Origin: Albugo candida
Lineage: Eukaryota
NCBI GenBank assembly: GCA_040437565.1
Contig: JBDOQK010000007.1
Location: 496,001-560,000 of the forward strand
Reading direction: 5' to 3'
Length of the DNA stretch: 64,000 nt
Shown here: positions 36,423-48,551 of the stretch, one piece after another
Layout of the letters: each line of letters opens with the position of its first letter
Position numbering within the stretch: position 1 is the first letter of the stretch
Program-made: the position numbers and the translations under genes
The notes under the pieces: model-generated
What the model was told of the DNA's origin: nothing
Databases searched by the model: none
Seen by the model: only the letters and a program-made list of their open reading frames with translations

Positions 36423-38282
36423 ATGAGTCAACAGAACAGCGGCAAGTTTGCGCCTCTTTTTGAATTACTCTGCTGTCACATGATTATCATTGTACTCTTA
36501 CAGATAAAAAATCACTCAATCCCTCCGCCAGGGCGTTCCATTTCAATCCGAACGCAACAACATTTGCGCCTCCACCACCTCCACCACCTCCGGCGACATC
36601 GGATCCAATGGTGGAAAAGCCTATTTTTGTGAACCCGCCAATGCCCCCACCGAAAAAGAGTGCTCCCGTGATCACGTTGGGAGAAACTCCAGCAACGGTG
36701 GCGGCGAAAGCTGCACCGAGTACAATTGAGGCTTCAGCAGACGACAGTGATGATGTTCAAGAGGAGGAAATCACCAAGAAGATTGAAACAATTGAGTTGA
36801 AGGATGTTCAAGAAAAAGAAGATAAGGGAGAAGAAGCTCATGAAGACTCGCAACAAGAAGAAGCTTCTCACGTGAAAGAGACAGATTTTGTGGAAGAAGA
36901 AGACATTGGCGATGAAGATCCAAGAGAACATTTGAATGTGGTACTGATTGGCCATGTTGATGCGGGAAAGTCGACTTTATCCGGTAACATTCTGTACTTG
37001 ATGGGCATGGTGGATAAACGGACCATTGAGCGGTATGAGAAGGAAGCAAAGGCTCGAAGTCGAGAAAGTTGGTTTTTGTCATTTATTATGGATACCGGAG
37101 AGGAAGAACGTGAGAAGGGAAAGACAATCGAAGTCGGCCGAGCCCATTTCGAGACAGAAAATCGACGTTATACGATTTTGGATGCACCCGGGCACAAAAC
37201 ATACGTTCCTAATATGATTCAGGGTGCTTCACAAGCAGATATCGGCATCTTGGTCATATCCGCTAGAAAGGGAGAATTCGAAACTGGTTTTGAACGAGGA
37301 GGTCAAACACGTGAGCATGCGTTGTTAGCCAAGACCCTAGGAATCAACAAATTAGTGGTCGTGATCAACAAGATGGATGAAGCAGAGTGGGCTCAAGAAC
37401 GATTCGATGAATGTGTCACGAAACTTCGACCATTTTTACGTTCATGCGGCTTTGCAGTCAAGCGAGATCTCAGTTTCATTCCTCTATCAGGTCTCCTCGG
37501 TCACAATGTCAAAATCCGAGTCGAGAAAGAGATGGCTCCATGGTATGAAGGTGATTCATTAATCGCTCATCTCGATACAATGCACATTATTGGTAGAGAT
37601 GCGCTTGCTCCATTACGTGTGCCAATCTTAGATCGATATCAAGAACGCGGGACCGTAGCAATGGGCAAAGTCGAAAGTGGCATTTTGAAGTCAGGTCACA
37701 AAATCCTATTGATGCCGACACACACGACCGTCGTTGTGAATCAAGTCTACATCAACGATCAACCTATTCGAACAGCAAAACCTGGCGAAAATGTGACATT
37801 ACGTCTGTCATGCGGACTTGATGATATTCACAAAGGCTTCGTCTTATGTGATCACGACACCAAAGAAGAGGGACCTAAAGCTATCGTCTCATTTGTTGCA
37901 CAAGTCGCACTGGTGGATACTCTGGAACATCGACCGCTCTTGACAGCGGGGTATAAGTGTGTTCTGCACATCCATACCATTACACAGGAATGTTGCGTCG
38001 TGAAGCTGTTACGGCCTATCGATCCAAAAACAGGCAAGCCATGCAAAAAATCAGTCCCATTCATTCGTCAAGGCCAAAGCGTTATCTGTCGAATCGAAGT
38101 GGAACAGAGCATATGCATCGAGACGTACGAACGCATGCCACAGCTTGGACGTTTGACCCTTCGTGACGAAGGTACGTCAATCAGCAAATTGTATTACGAT
38201 GTACTGATACATTTTGAATACTTTTACAGGAAAAACCATTGCGATTGGTAAAGTGCTGACACTGGGTGAGAAGAAACCTTAG
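36423..38282 (+). CDS. GSPT1: Eukaryotic peptide chain release factor 3 (eRF3 GTPase), 3 exons
   Basis: N-terminal PAM2-like motifs (LNPSARAF, FNPNATTF), GHVDAGKST, DAPGHK, ISARKGEFETGFERGGQTREH, LGRLTLRDEG-KTIAIGKV; introns 36442-36503 and ~38172-38229. Confidence 0.95.
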
Positions 38283-38360
38283 AATGGTGCAACTAAGTTT
38301 TGTACCACTTATAACCCAAAGGACTAAATCATCGCTCATTTTGTTGTCGTCCACTCATAA

Positions 38361-39281
38361 ATGCCGTTTAGTAGCGTATCAAAGCAAATTTGCATCAAAT
38401 TAGATGATTTACTAGCGCAATTGGAAGAGGACCAAGGAGCACTGCGTCTTGACATACTTCGTGATCTTGCGTATCATTCCTATGTGAATTATGTGACTGA
38501 GAAAATGAAAAGTCGACTGCGGACGCATTGTATGACAGAAGATCTGATAAAGACGTCACTTGCGCCTCTCTTTACACATTTGCATATTGAGCAGTACGAA
38601 TGCAATTACGACGACAAACGGAACTGTCATATGAGTGCGGAAATACTTTTTGATTTCAAGTCGCTCGCGCGTGAAGCCAAAAAGCGTAAACTAAACCATC
38701 AGAATGAATGCTATGTGGCGAAACTAAGTTTTCGGTACTCTAGAAGAAAAGTCATAGAGGAATGCGCTAACGCTCAAAGCGGTGAAACGTTACTAAGTTT
38801 TGATGTCACTGCATGCCTACCCAATGTAATGAACTCGGGTAAGCAGCAAATCTTGCACTTTCAACTCGTTTCATCGAAAGAGTACCCCGAAAGCTTTTAC
38901 CAAATGCCGAATGAGGTGATTTCGTGCAACGATAAAAGCAGTGTCGATACAGACGATGAAGAACAGACGTGTGAGGATACATTGTGTCCGGAAGAAGAGC
39001 TGGAACGTGATGATTTAGATGAGCGTGTTGTCGCATTCGAGCTCAATACCTCCTTCTTGAAGCATCTTGTATCTTGGAATGCTGCCTGCTTGAAAAGCAA
39101 GAGCACAGAAGAAGAATTAGACGAGAGAGATCGAATTGCAGACGTCCTTCAGTTTCTACTCGTGCTTCCGCTGTATGAGGATGAATGGATCATAGACGAA
39201 CGCATTATGGATCTTATCGAGGAGATCGAAGACACATCAGATAGTGAATACGACGCTGAGGATGACACCGAGCACACATAA
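38361..39281 (+). CDS. Hypothetical acidic protein, possible NLS (KKRK)
   Basis: 306-aa intronless ATG-initiated ORF filling the space between two genes; no recognisable family. Confidence 0.7.
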   Translation: MPFSSVSKQICIKLDDLLAQLEEDQGALRLDILRDLAYHSYVNYVTEKMKSRLRTHCMTEDLIKTSLAPLFTHLHIEQYECNYDDKRNCHMSAEILFDFKSLAREAKKRKLNHQNECYVAKLSFRYSRRKVIEECANAQSGETLLSFDVTACLPNVMNSGKQQILHFQLVSSKEYPESFYQMPNEVISCNDKSSVDTDDEEQTCEDTLCPEEELERDDLDERVVAFELNTSFLKHLVSWNAACLKSKSTEEELDERDRIADVLQFLLVLPLYEDEWIIDERIMDLIEEIEDTSDSEYDAEDDTEHT

Positions 39282-39371
39282 ACAAAGCAGTAATACAAGA
39301 AAACATTACGCATTTTCGTGTCCGTTTCAAACCGTTACGGTTCACTACCTGGGCAATCAATTAGCTTTGGA

Positions 39372-42300
39372 ATGGCTATCACCGACATGAAGAACGGTAG
39401 AGTACGTATTGAAGCATTTCACGTCTCAGTGCTCCATGAAGCCGATGATCTTCATGATACTGAAGATGATAATGACGACTGGGAAGTTATGCCTGCGGCA
39501 TCTCATACGATGAAGCAGGGCAAAACTATTGACAAACCGTTTAGGTCACGCGCAGCTTCACAGAAAGCAGAACAAGGTAGTCGAGATAGAGACAATAATC
39601 GGAGATACAAAGGACCAAAATTTGATATTTGGGTCGCCAGAAAAGATAAGTACGAAAAAATCGTTTGGGCTCTATCGCAGCTCAATGTGGATCGAGCGAG
39701 TGATGAGGACAAGTGGTTCAATGTTGCTGTCTCTCTGGCAGCAACTGACCTGCTGCTCAAAATTGGTCGTGACCCGGATTTGTGCGATTGCCCGGGCATC
39801 TGCCACACACAAGAACACGCAATCACAAAGCAGCAGACACGTTGCCAGTGTCCGGCGAGAAAATGCTCACTTTGTAGTCGTTGTGTTGGTACAAAACAAG
39901 GTCAGATTACTGATAAAATGAAGATTGTATTACAACCATATCGCAAATCGTCAGCATCACAATCTCTTTTGTCCGTTGCCGAAGAAATTGTTCGCAAGGG
40001 TGAAGGCTCATCAATGATTCTCTCAGAAGCCAATAGCGGTGAGACCAGCCTTCTTATGATAACAGCATCCGCTTTTCAGATGGCTTCGCGACTACTCCGA
40101 CAATGCAGCATCCTGACGAATGCTTCAGGAAACAGTATACAACGTCCTTGTTCTTGCTCACTTCGGTCTTTAGGCGAAGTATGGATGAAGTGGACTGCTC
40201 GCTATCATACCTTTTCGCGTGTTACTTTGACCGAGGAAGAGGCCGCAAAGTTCTCGTCTGGAACACGTCAGATGATGGATTATGATGAAGAGTCAAAATC
40301 TCTCTGCATGACCTTCAAATGGCATCAAGCTGCCAAGCCACAGAAAGGTGACACTGCCAAAATTGCTGCACGCAGGGCCTTGACTGCTGACCAAAAGAAG
40401 CAAAATGCTGTAGGTCAATCCTCGTCATGTTTTCTACCAACTTGGACTCATTGGAGCTAAATGTATTTGTAGTTTTTCACATCACTTTGTCGAAAAGCTT
40501 GGCACAAAGCACAAGCTAAAGTGACCGCAATTCTCGCCAAAAAGATGGCTGCAGTAATCGACCTTCCAAATGATTCGATACAGAGAATGGAAGCTCAAAC
40601 ACTGACATCTCTTGGAATAAGAAGGATGGCAAAGTGGATTGAAGATGATCAAGAAATCATGATGGAAAAGGAGAGAGAAGAATCTCGAGAAAAAACAGAA
40701 GGTGGCATTGTGGCACACAACGCGTGGGTGCGGAGAAAAGAGCGTTTACGCGTTCAGCTTCCTTCCCCGCAGTCGAGGGACGTAATTGAAAAACCGTCTC
40801 GATTTGACTTCTCACTGAACAAACACGTATTGCGATCAAAATCAAAGCATACGATCGCGTCCTCCACAGTCGAATTGATGCAAAGAAGCGGTTTTAGATA
40901 CATACATGCAATGAATGAAGGCTTTCAAGGACGTGGTGGCGATCTTGAGCGATGTAAAGAAGTCCTCTTGAAAAAAGGCCACATTTTGAAGGCAAACTTC
41001 ACAAACACCGCAAGCGAAAATGATGAAGATAATCCGTACTCGCAGGATCGGTACTACTTTGAGAAACAAAACAATTTTGTTGTCAGAAAGCAACGTGAAA
41101 TCACCCAACGTCGTGAAGACCAAAGAAAGCAGCAATACGCTGCTTGGATTGCTCATAAAGCTATGAAAGAAAAAGCCCTCAATTATCTATCACATATTCC
41201 ACATCCTCTCAGTTCGAGTGAAGAAAGTAGAGAGAGAATTACTCGATGTCATAGCGTCGGAGATGACTCGAAGGAATCAAAGGATGATGATGGCTACGAG
41301 AATGACTATGAGGATTCGGAGACCAAGAAAGAAGGCCTGGATTTTGACGAATTTCAAAATGCTTCAAGTTTCGTGAAATGGATGCAAGTAGGAAAAGCAC
41401 TGAAAGCAGTGGATCGAGGGCTCTTTGATGCCTGGGTACAATGGAGTGCGTCGTACACATCTTTGTCAAAATGTCGCATGTACTGGCAGAGTTTTGATCC
41501 GATTGCTTGTGACATTCACTGCACATCGTCGGCGATTCGAGACATATTTTTGAAGCTTTTACATCGCCAAAATGTCAATTACCGCGCAGCATTTTTACGT
41601 CATTGCGAGAAAAAGCACAAAATTCTACTGGCTCAAGACAGCGACATCGTGGCACAGGATATGACCGATCAAGAGAAAATGGATACATTCGAAACACTTA
41701 GTTTGAAAGAGTTTTCACGTCTTCTTGTTCACGACTTGGGTATTGTATTGCATCAGGAAGAGCTGCAGCGATTAGTTGAATATTTTGACGTAAATGGCGA
41801 TCAAATGGTAAGCATGAAAGAATTTTTGGATGTCATTGGTGATGAGCGAAGCGTTCAATGTCATGGTGACACGGACATGCTACTCGAACGTGTTTGTATG
41901 TGGGAAACTGTCTGTCATGAATGTGGAATGCTGAATGCTTACAAGATCGTACAAAGTCTTCCAACCTCAACACCTCAAAAACATCGGATGCGAGCCGAAG
42001 CACCGGTTCATCTTTCACGCAGGAAAGGATTCCGACCACGCTTTCAATGTTCTGTCGAATGCGACTTGCGTCAAGTCAGAGTGGTGGCCCCCAAGAAATG
42101 CACATTTGCAAGCTGGAATGATCAGCATAGCATCCCATTTCTCAACAGACTGAAAGAATGGTCATCCGATACACGAGAGAAACACTTATTGAAGCAAATC
42201 ATCACAAATGGATCCCCTCCAGACGCTCCTACTTTAACTCGTACGGATAACGATCTTATCGTTCCGACAACAACGTTATTCTTGCAGTGGGAATCTCCAG

Positions 42301-44702
42301 CTGTCTCTGGAATCAATGGAACTGCTTTTTACATTTTGGAGTCTATGGGAGCTGAAGGATCATTGAGCTACCGTCAACATGAGTTTCATGAGATTTATCG
42401 GGATCCACGTGATTGTAATGACAATGATGGTCGTCCACGATACCAATACATTGTGAAAGACTTACAACCAAACACGAAATATGGTTTCCGAATCAGAGCT
42501 CTGAATGGATTTGGTGCTGGACCATACACTTTCCGTTGCTATGTGACAGCGCCAATGACGCCATGTGCTCCAGTTGCGGTACGCGTCAGCTCTAATTCCA
42601 TCCATCTCTGCTGGGGTACTACAGACAGCTTCAAACAGCGATTAGAGGAGCTTCGGCGCGTATTTGACGAGATCGACGCGGATAGAAGCGGAGAGATCTC
42701 ACGAGACGAATTGATGGATCAGATTGAGAAGCGAAGACCCCGACTGCTGGAATTTCTACAGAGAACACAAGTCGCTGGTGATCATCATCGACTTTGTGTA
42801 TTTGATGCGATTGAATGCGACGATAATGAGCTGATATCTTGGGATGAGTTTCGTCAGTACTTTTCAAGCACATTTGATGATGTCGTTGGAAATGATTGGG
42901 AGCAAGAAAGTGTGAATTCCGGGCTTACTTCAAAAGCGCAAAGACGAAATGGAAAGATTGCGAGCTCCGAGCCGTCTCAAACTCGCTACATTCTTAAACA
43001 GTGTCAAAACGAAGCAAATGGCGATTATATCGTCGTGTACCGTGGAGCGAAGACTACTTTTACCGTTCACGGCCTCGCAAGCGCTTCAACGTATCAATTT
43101 CGCTTACAAGCCGTAAATGAAGAAGGCATACTCAGCCTTCACAGCGAAGGCGTCATAGTGAACACGTTACTACAAACACCGAAGCCTCCGATTCTCCTCG
43201 AAGCACCTACATGCTCCACGATCAAGTTGGGCTGGACAACTATGGATGCTACACCTGCAAATAATCTCGAGGTGCAGTCACGGCAGCAACAAGCGCTAGC
43301 ATTGCAGAAAATTGACTCAGTTAGCAGAATACTGAGCGAGTGGGCACAAGAGGATCCGTTGGCTTCTGGTACTGTGGATTTCCGTGCAAAATTCAATCGC
43401 TACGATTCGGACGGAAGCAGTTATATCGAGCTATCCGAGTTCAAGACGCTTTTGGAAGAGCTTGGTGTCCCACCATTGGAAGAGCGACTTAGAGCCTACT
43501 TTTGCGAGTTTGATAGTAATGGGGACGGAAGAATCTCATTAGATGAGTTCATTTGTTGGTGGACGAGACCTCAAGTAGAGTACATTTTGAAGCGAGATGA
43601 AGGTTTCAGCACAAAAGACGCGGCTGAAAGTGACAGTGTGATGAACATCATTGCGTATTCTGGCAAAGACACTTGCGTCCGCACGAGTGCACTTGAGCCC
43701 AATACGATGTACACATTTCGACTTCGTGCATTTTCTTCTCGCGCGAGAAGCGAATTAAGTGAGGGGATATCTATTTGTACTGCACCCGAGGCTCCCACTT
43801 GTGCTGGTGTTGTTTCTCGTAGTAGTTCAGATGTCTGGATCCGATGGTATCCAGGACACAATGGCGCTGCAAAATATTCAGTCGAGTGCGAGTTAATAGA
43901 GACATTTTCAGACGTGTCACTAAGCATTCGAAAGCGTCAGCTTCTGACTACAAAAGGATGGGTCAGCGTCTATGAGGGTGCAGAACCTATTGCGTATATC
44001 TCAAACCTTCTTCCACAAACCGTTTATCGTCTTCGAGTCTCTGCGATCAATACCGACGGCGTCAAAAGCGAGCCGAGTATCGTTTCCCAATTCTGTACTT
44101 TATCTGTGGAGGAGCAGCGTACGGAGTACACACTGAGACCGGATAATGCCGGAAAGCACTTTTTGGTAGAATGTGGTAAAGATGGTGATGTTGTAGTCGG
44201 AGATACAATTTTGTTTTGTGAGCGAATATTCCAAGACGAGTATGGGAATATCTCTGAGGGTAAAGCCAATAAGGGGATCTTGGATGAGGATGTGGTGGGT
44301 ATCGCTCTGAAGGCTTCATTCTGTTCCCAGAAAAGGAAAGAAACATGCAAATTCTTCATCGGTGAGCGGACAGTTGCTGCACGTGTGGCAAGTATGCGAG
44401 CCGGTAAACGGGGTTCATTATTTGCTCTTGAGGTCATTTGGAGTATTTTTCAAACGAATGAGAGCAGCAATTTCCAAGACACCAAATTCGCAGAAGCCAG
44501 GAAACGTCAGCAATCGTGTCGAAGTACCGTCCGAAAAAGCGCTTCTTTCACACGGCGGATTCGATCAGATAAAGAAGTCTTCCTGGTGTTGCCACGAAGT
44601 AGCAAGATTTTTCGATATGAGCGAGACTTGTATCATTTTGAAAGCTTTCGATGTAAATGGGACGACGAAGAAGCTCGAAACAATCAAACTTGGACAAAGT
44701 AG
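39372..44702 (+). CDS. Large multidomain protein: 2x PriCT-2-like, EF-hands, 4x FN3, C-terminal DUF7699-like domain
   Basis: ORFs 39318-40460 and 40521-44702 share a frame and join via a 63-bp phase-0 GT-AG intron (40410-40472, branch-like GCTAA); EF loops DVNGDQMVSMKE, DADRSGEISRDE, DSDGSSYIELSE, DSNGDGRISLDE; FN3 motifs such as LQPNTKYGFRIRALNGFG. Confidence 0.82.
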
Positions 44703-44726
44703 TTGTATGGATTCATAAAAGAGCGA

Positions 44727-45334
44727 CTACTTTTCCTCCAAATTGATAGTATCACCAAAACGACTGTACAAAATCTTTTTGAGGATCTAAAGCAAGTCAG
44801 CATGTGAATAATTCGTGATAAGATGACCGCTTTCAAATACCGTTTGTCTATTGTCCAACTTCTCTTCTTCCTCTACAAGAACCTGAACATCCTTCTTAGC
44901 CGCTTCTGTGAGGGTCTCCAAGTATTCCTGTGCGCTTTCTTCTGAGGTTTCGACAAAGCTTTCACCCATCATTACACTATCAAATCAAGATGTGTCAGAC
45001 GTGATGTGTCACGAAATGAAGTGAGCACGACAGCGTACTAAACGTCATCTCCTTCTCCCATCATTAATTCTGCACCTGCATCCTCCAATGTATCCAACTT
45101 TTCCTGCAGCGACGCGATACTATCGATACTGCTCATGATGCATTAACATACCTGCAGCGCTTTCTTCTCCCGCTGTAGCTCGGCTAACCTCATATTAAGT
45201 CTTCCGAATTCATTTATACGCTCTTGATCTTCAAGCCGCACCTATAATTCAGATGTAGATTTCTAAGCCATTAATATTCTATCTATAAAAACGATACTTG
45301 CATCAGCTTGATCTTCTTGCTCCTGCATCAACAT
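44727..45334 (-). CDS. PFDN4: Prefoldin subunit 4 (multi-exon)
   Basis: Reconstructed ADVRLEDQERINEFGRLN...LEDAGAELMM...MGESF...LKKILYSRFGDTINLEEK matches the PFDN4 consensus. Confidence 0.88.
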
Positions 45335-45413
45335 TGGCGCAACTGCTTTGTCCTTCCATTGGTTGAAATAAATACAAGTTTTGTGTGGTGAAGAAAAGAA
45401 AAAGATTTGAAAT

Positions 45414-47113
45414 ATGGCCGCAGCAACGATTTCGCGGGTTCCCGTAGCTCAAAGGAATGTAAATCCGGCAGGAAAAGGGGAAACGTACCGCGCCCAGTCG
45501 AAAGAAAAAGATGTTCGTATGTCCAACATTGTAGCTGCGAAAGGTGTGTCATTCTATAACACCCAGAAGATCCGACCGAAAGATCCATTAACACCCTTTT
45601 GTGCATTATAGCTATTGCTGATGCGATTCGAACGAGTCTGGGTCCACGTGGAATGGACAAAATGATACAGCAAGGAAACGGTGAGGTGATCATCTCGAAC
45701 GACGGCGCTACTATTTTGTCACAAATGCAAGTGTTCCATCCGACCGCGAAGATGTTGGTCGATTTATCAAAATCTCAGGATATTGAAGCTGGTGATGGAA
45801 CAACCAGTGTCTGCGTCATCGCTGGTGCTCTTCTTTCGGTTTGTGAGAATTTATTACTCAAGGGCATCCATCCTACGAATATCTCAGAGTCTTTCGGCCT
45901 GGCTGCTAAAAAAACGGAAGAATACCTTGTCGGCATGTCAAAGCCCGTTGATCTCGGTAATCGCGATGAATTGATTCAATGTGTCAACACTTCATTATCA
46001 TCAAAAGTCATCTCAGAGTATTCTGATCGGTTGTCACCGATTGCTGTGGATGCAGTTCTCAAAGTAATTGACATTGAGACCGCAACTAATGTGGACCTAG
46101 ACTCCATAATGGTTGTCAAACAACTGGGCGGAACGATTGACGACTCAGAATTGATCAGTGGTTTGGTCTTCAGTAAGGGTTTCGATAAATCCGCTGCATT
46201 AGACGCCCCGACTGTTATCCAGAACGCAAAGATCGCTTTGATTCAGTTTTGTCTATCAGCTCCAAAAGCAGATATGGAAAGCAATGTGGTTATCCATGAT
46301 TACGCTGCGATGGATCGTATTTTGAGAGAAGAACGAAAGTATATTCTCAATCTCTGCAAACAAATCAAAAAGTCTGGAGCCAATGTTCTCCTGATTCAAA
46401 AAAGCATTCTTCGCGATGCAACGAATGATTTATCATTACACTTTTTGGCCAAAATGGGAATTCGTGTGATCACTGACATCGAACGAACCGACATCGAGCA
46501 TATAGCCACCACTCTCGGCTGTCTTCCGGTCGCAAACATTGAATATTTGTCATCAGACAAACTCGGCACAGCAGAGTTAGTGGAAGAAGCCAATCTTGGA
46601 GGGCACAAAGTGGTAAAAGTCACTGGTATCGCTAAACATGGAAAGACAATGTCGATTCTAATTCGAGGGTCGAACAAGCTTGTTCTAGAGGAAGCTGAGC
46701 GTTCTCTGCACGACGCTTTATGTGTCGTTCGTTCACTTGTAAAAAAACGCTTCTTGATCTGCGGAGGTGGCGCACCCGAGATCGAAATTGCACAAAAACT
46801 TGCTCAATATGCGAATACTTTGCAAGGTGCTGCGAGCTATTGTATCCAAGCATTTGCCAATTCCATGGAAATTATCCCTTACACTTTGGCGGAAAATGCT
46901 GGATTGGATCCTATCAAACTTGTGACAGAGTTGCGTGCAAAACACGCTGAAGGCAAACAAAGTATGGGCATAAACGTCCGCAATGGACTCATTGGGGATA
47001 TGTATGAGCTCAATGTGTTACAACCCTTACTTGTTAACACCAGTGGTATCTCGCTTGCAACAGAATGTGTTCGAATGATTCTCAAGATTGACGATATTGT
47101 GATGGTGCGGTAA
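45414..47113 (+). CDS. CCT4: Chaperonin CCT/TRiC subunit delta
   Basis: [48 protein letters not shown]; intron 45545-45611. Confidence 0.96.
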
Positions 47114-47192
47114 AGTACGATTTGTGACTTGGCGGGAAGTTTGTTTTTCGTTAGTTGATTGCAGTCTTTCACAAAATATTCGAATATTCTTG

Positions 47193-47987
47193 CTATCGAT
47201 GAACTCTTTTACGATGCTGTTGATCATGTGACGCAAGCTGACGTGGGAGATGTTGTATTGAATTGATGACAACTTCTTCATATCTCTGACTCGCACGGTC
47301 ATAGTCCAAGACATTAATACATGTGTTTTCTTGCTCAAAATCGTGCATATGGTCTAGGTTTCCATACAGGCATTGTGAAAGTATGATTTTGTTGAATCTT
47401 CCATGGGCAACGATCATGATGTGATCCTGCGCTGCGGCTTGGTGCATGATCTCTGTAATTTTCGGTATTCCACGGGCGACAACATCGAGAGGACATTCTC
47501 CACCTAAAAAGCGCTGGTCATATTGACCGGATCGCCATTGCTTGACTATGGAATGAAACCCTTGATGATTCTCATGTCCCTGTCCTTCAAATTGCCCATA
47601 GCTCATTTCCTCTAGTTCTGGGAAGCTCCGCACTCTCAAATGAGGATGTATGTTGGTGACTATTTCAGCTGTCTCATGCGCACGGGTTAAAGCACTGCTG
47701 ATGATTGCGGTAAGGGGGACATCGCGGATTGTTTCGGCCAATTTAGCTGCTTGTTCCCGGCCAGTGTCATTCAGAATGGTATTGATTCCACGACCTTGTA
47801 ACTTTCGAGTATAATTGTAATCTATGCAAGCATTAGAAAGTTAGGATGTCTATAATGTCGTGATATGATCAAAAAGAGAACCTGTCTGGCCGTGTCTACA
47901 TAAATATAACCTTGTGAATCCTTCCGCTAATGGAGGAAGCAGCATTCTAATTCTTGCTTGTTCATTTGCTACAGCACTGTGTTCCAT
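47193..47987 (-). CDS. Histidine phosphatase / phosphoglycerate mutase family protein
   Basis: LYLCRHGQT (exon 1), SSALTRAHETA, LEEMSYG, VAHG; one intron ~47824-47881. Confidence 0.88.
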
Positions 47988-48551
47988 CGTTTTTGATTGT
48001 TATGTACGTTCATCAACGATGCAAAATCTCTTAAATTACCCAGTGTATCATTAGTGGAGCCTAAGCACGTAGGACAAAAGAGAGGACGCAGGTCAGAACA
48101 GACTTGAAATTTGTATGCAATCGATAAGCGCCTTGTTGGACCGTCTTTGACTAGAATGACTTTCTTATCAGCAATACAACCTTCAATTCGTATAATCAGC
48201 TCCAATTCTAAATCTAAATCTAAATCTGATTATCCTTCTGAATACTCTCAAGTCGATGCATAAAGTTTCAGCATGTGTGACTGTAAAGAATTATATTTCA
48301 TCGATGTCCGTCAGTGATAAAAATCACCCGACTGTGTTCGAATATTACTCGCATCATTTTCGTCATTGACTTGATTTTTTCGTGTCTCGATACAGTAGCA
48401 GTTACAGGCGAGTGTTTTGTTTCAAAAGACGATCATATTTTCAAATATGTTTGTAATTATTCCGCGAGAACATTTCCTTTTATTCAAAGAGGCGTTTTCT
48501 AGATTTCTTTCCTATTCAAGTCGTCAGTTATCCCACTCATTTATGCGATAA

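Noticed and set aside
48207-48227. (TCTAAA)n short repeat as a possible telomeric seed
   Set aside because: Only about three units and does not match the TTTAGGG-type repeat
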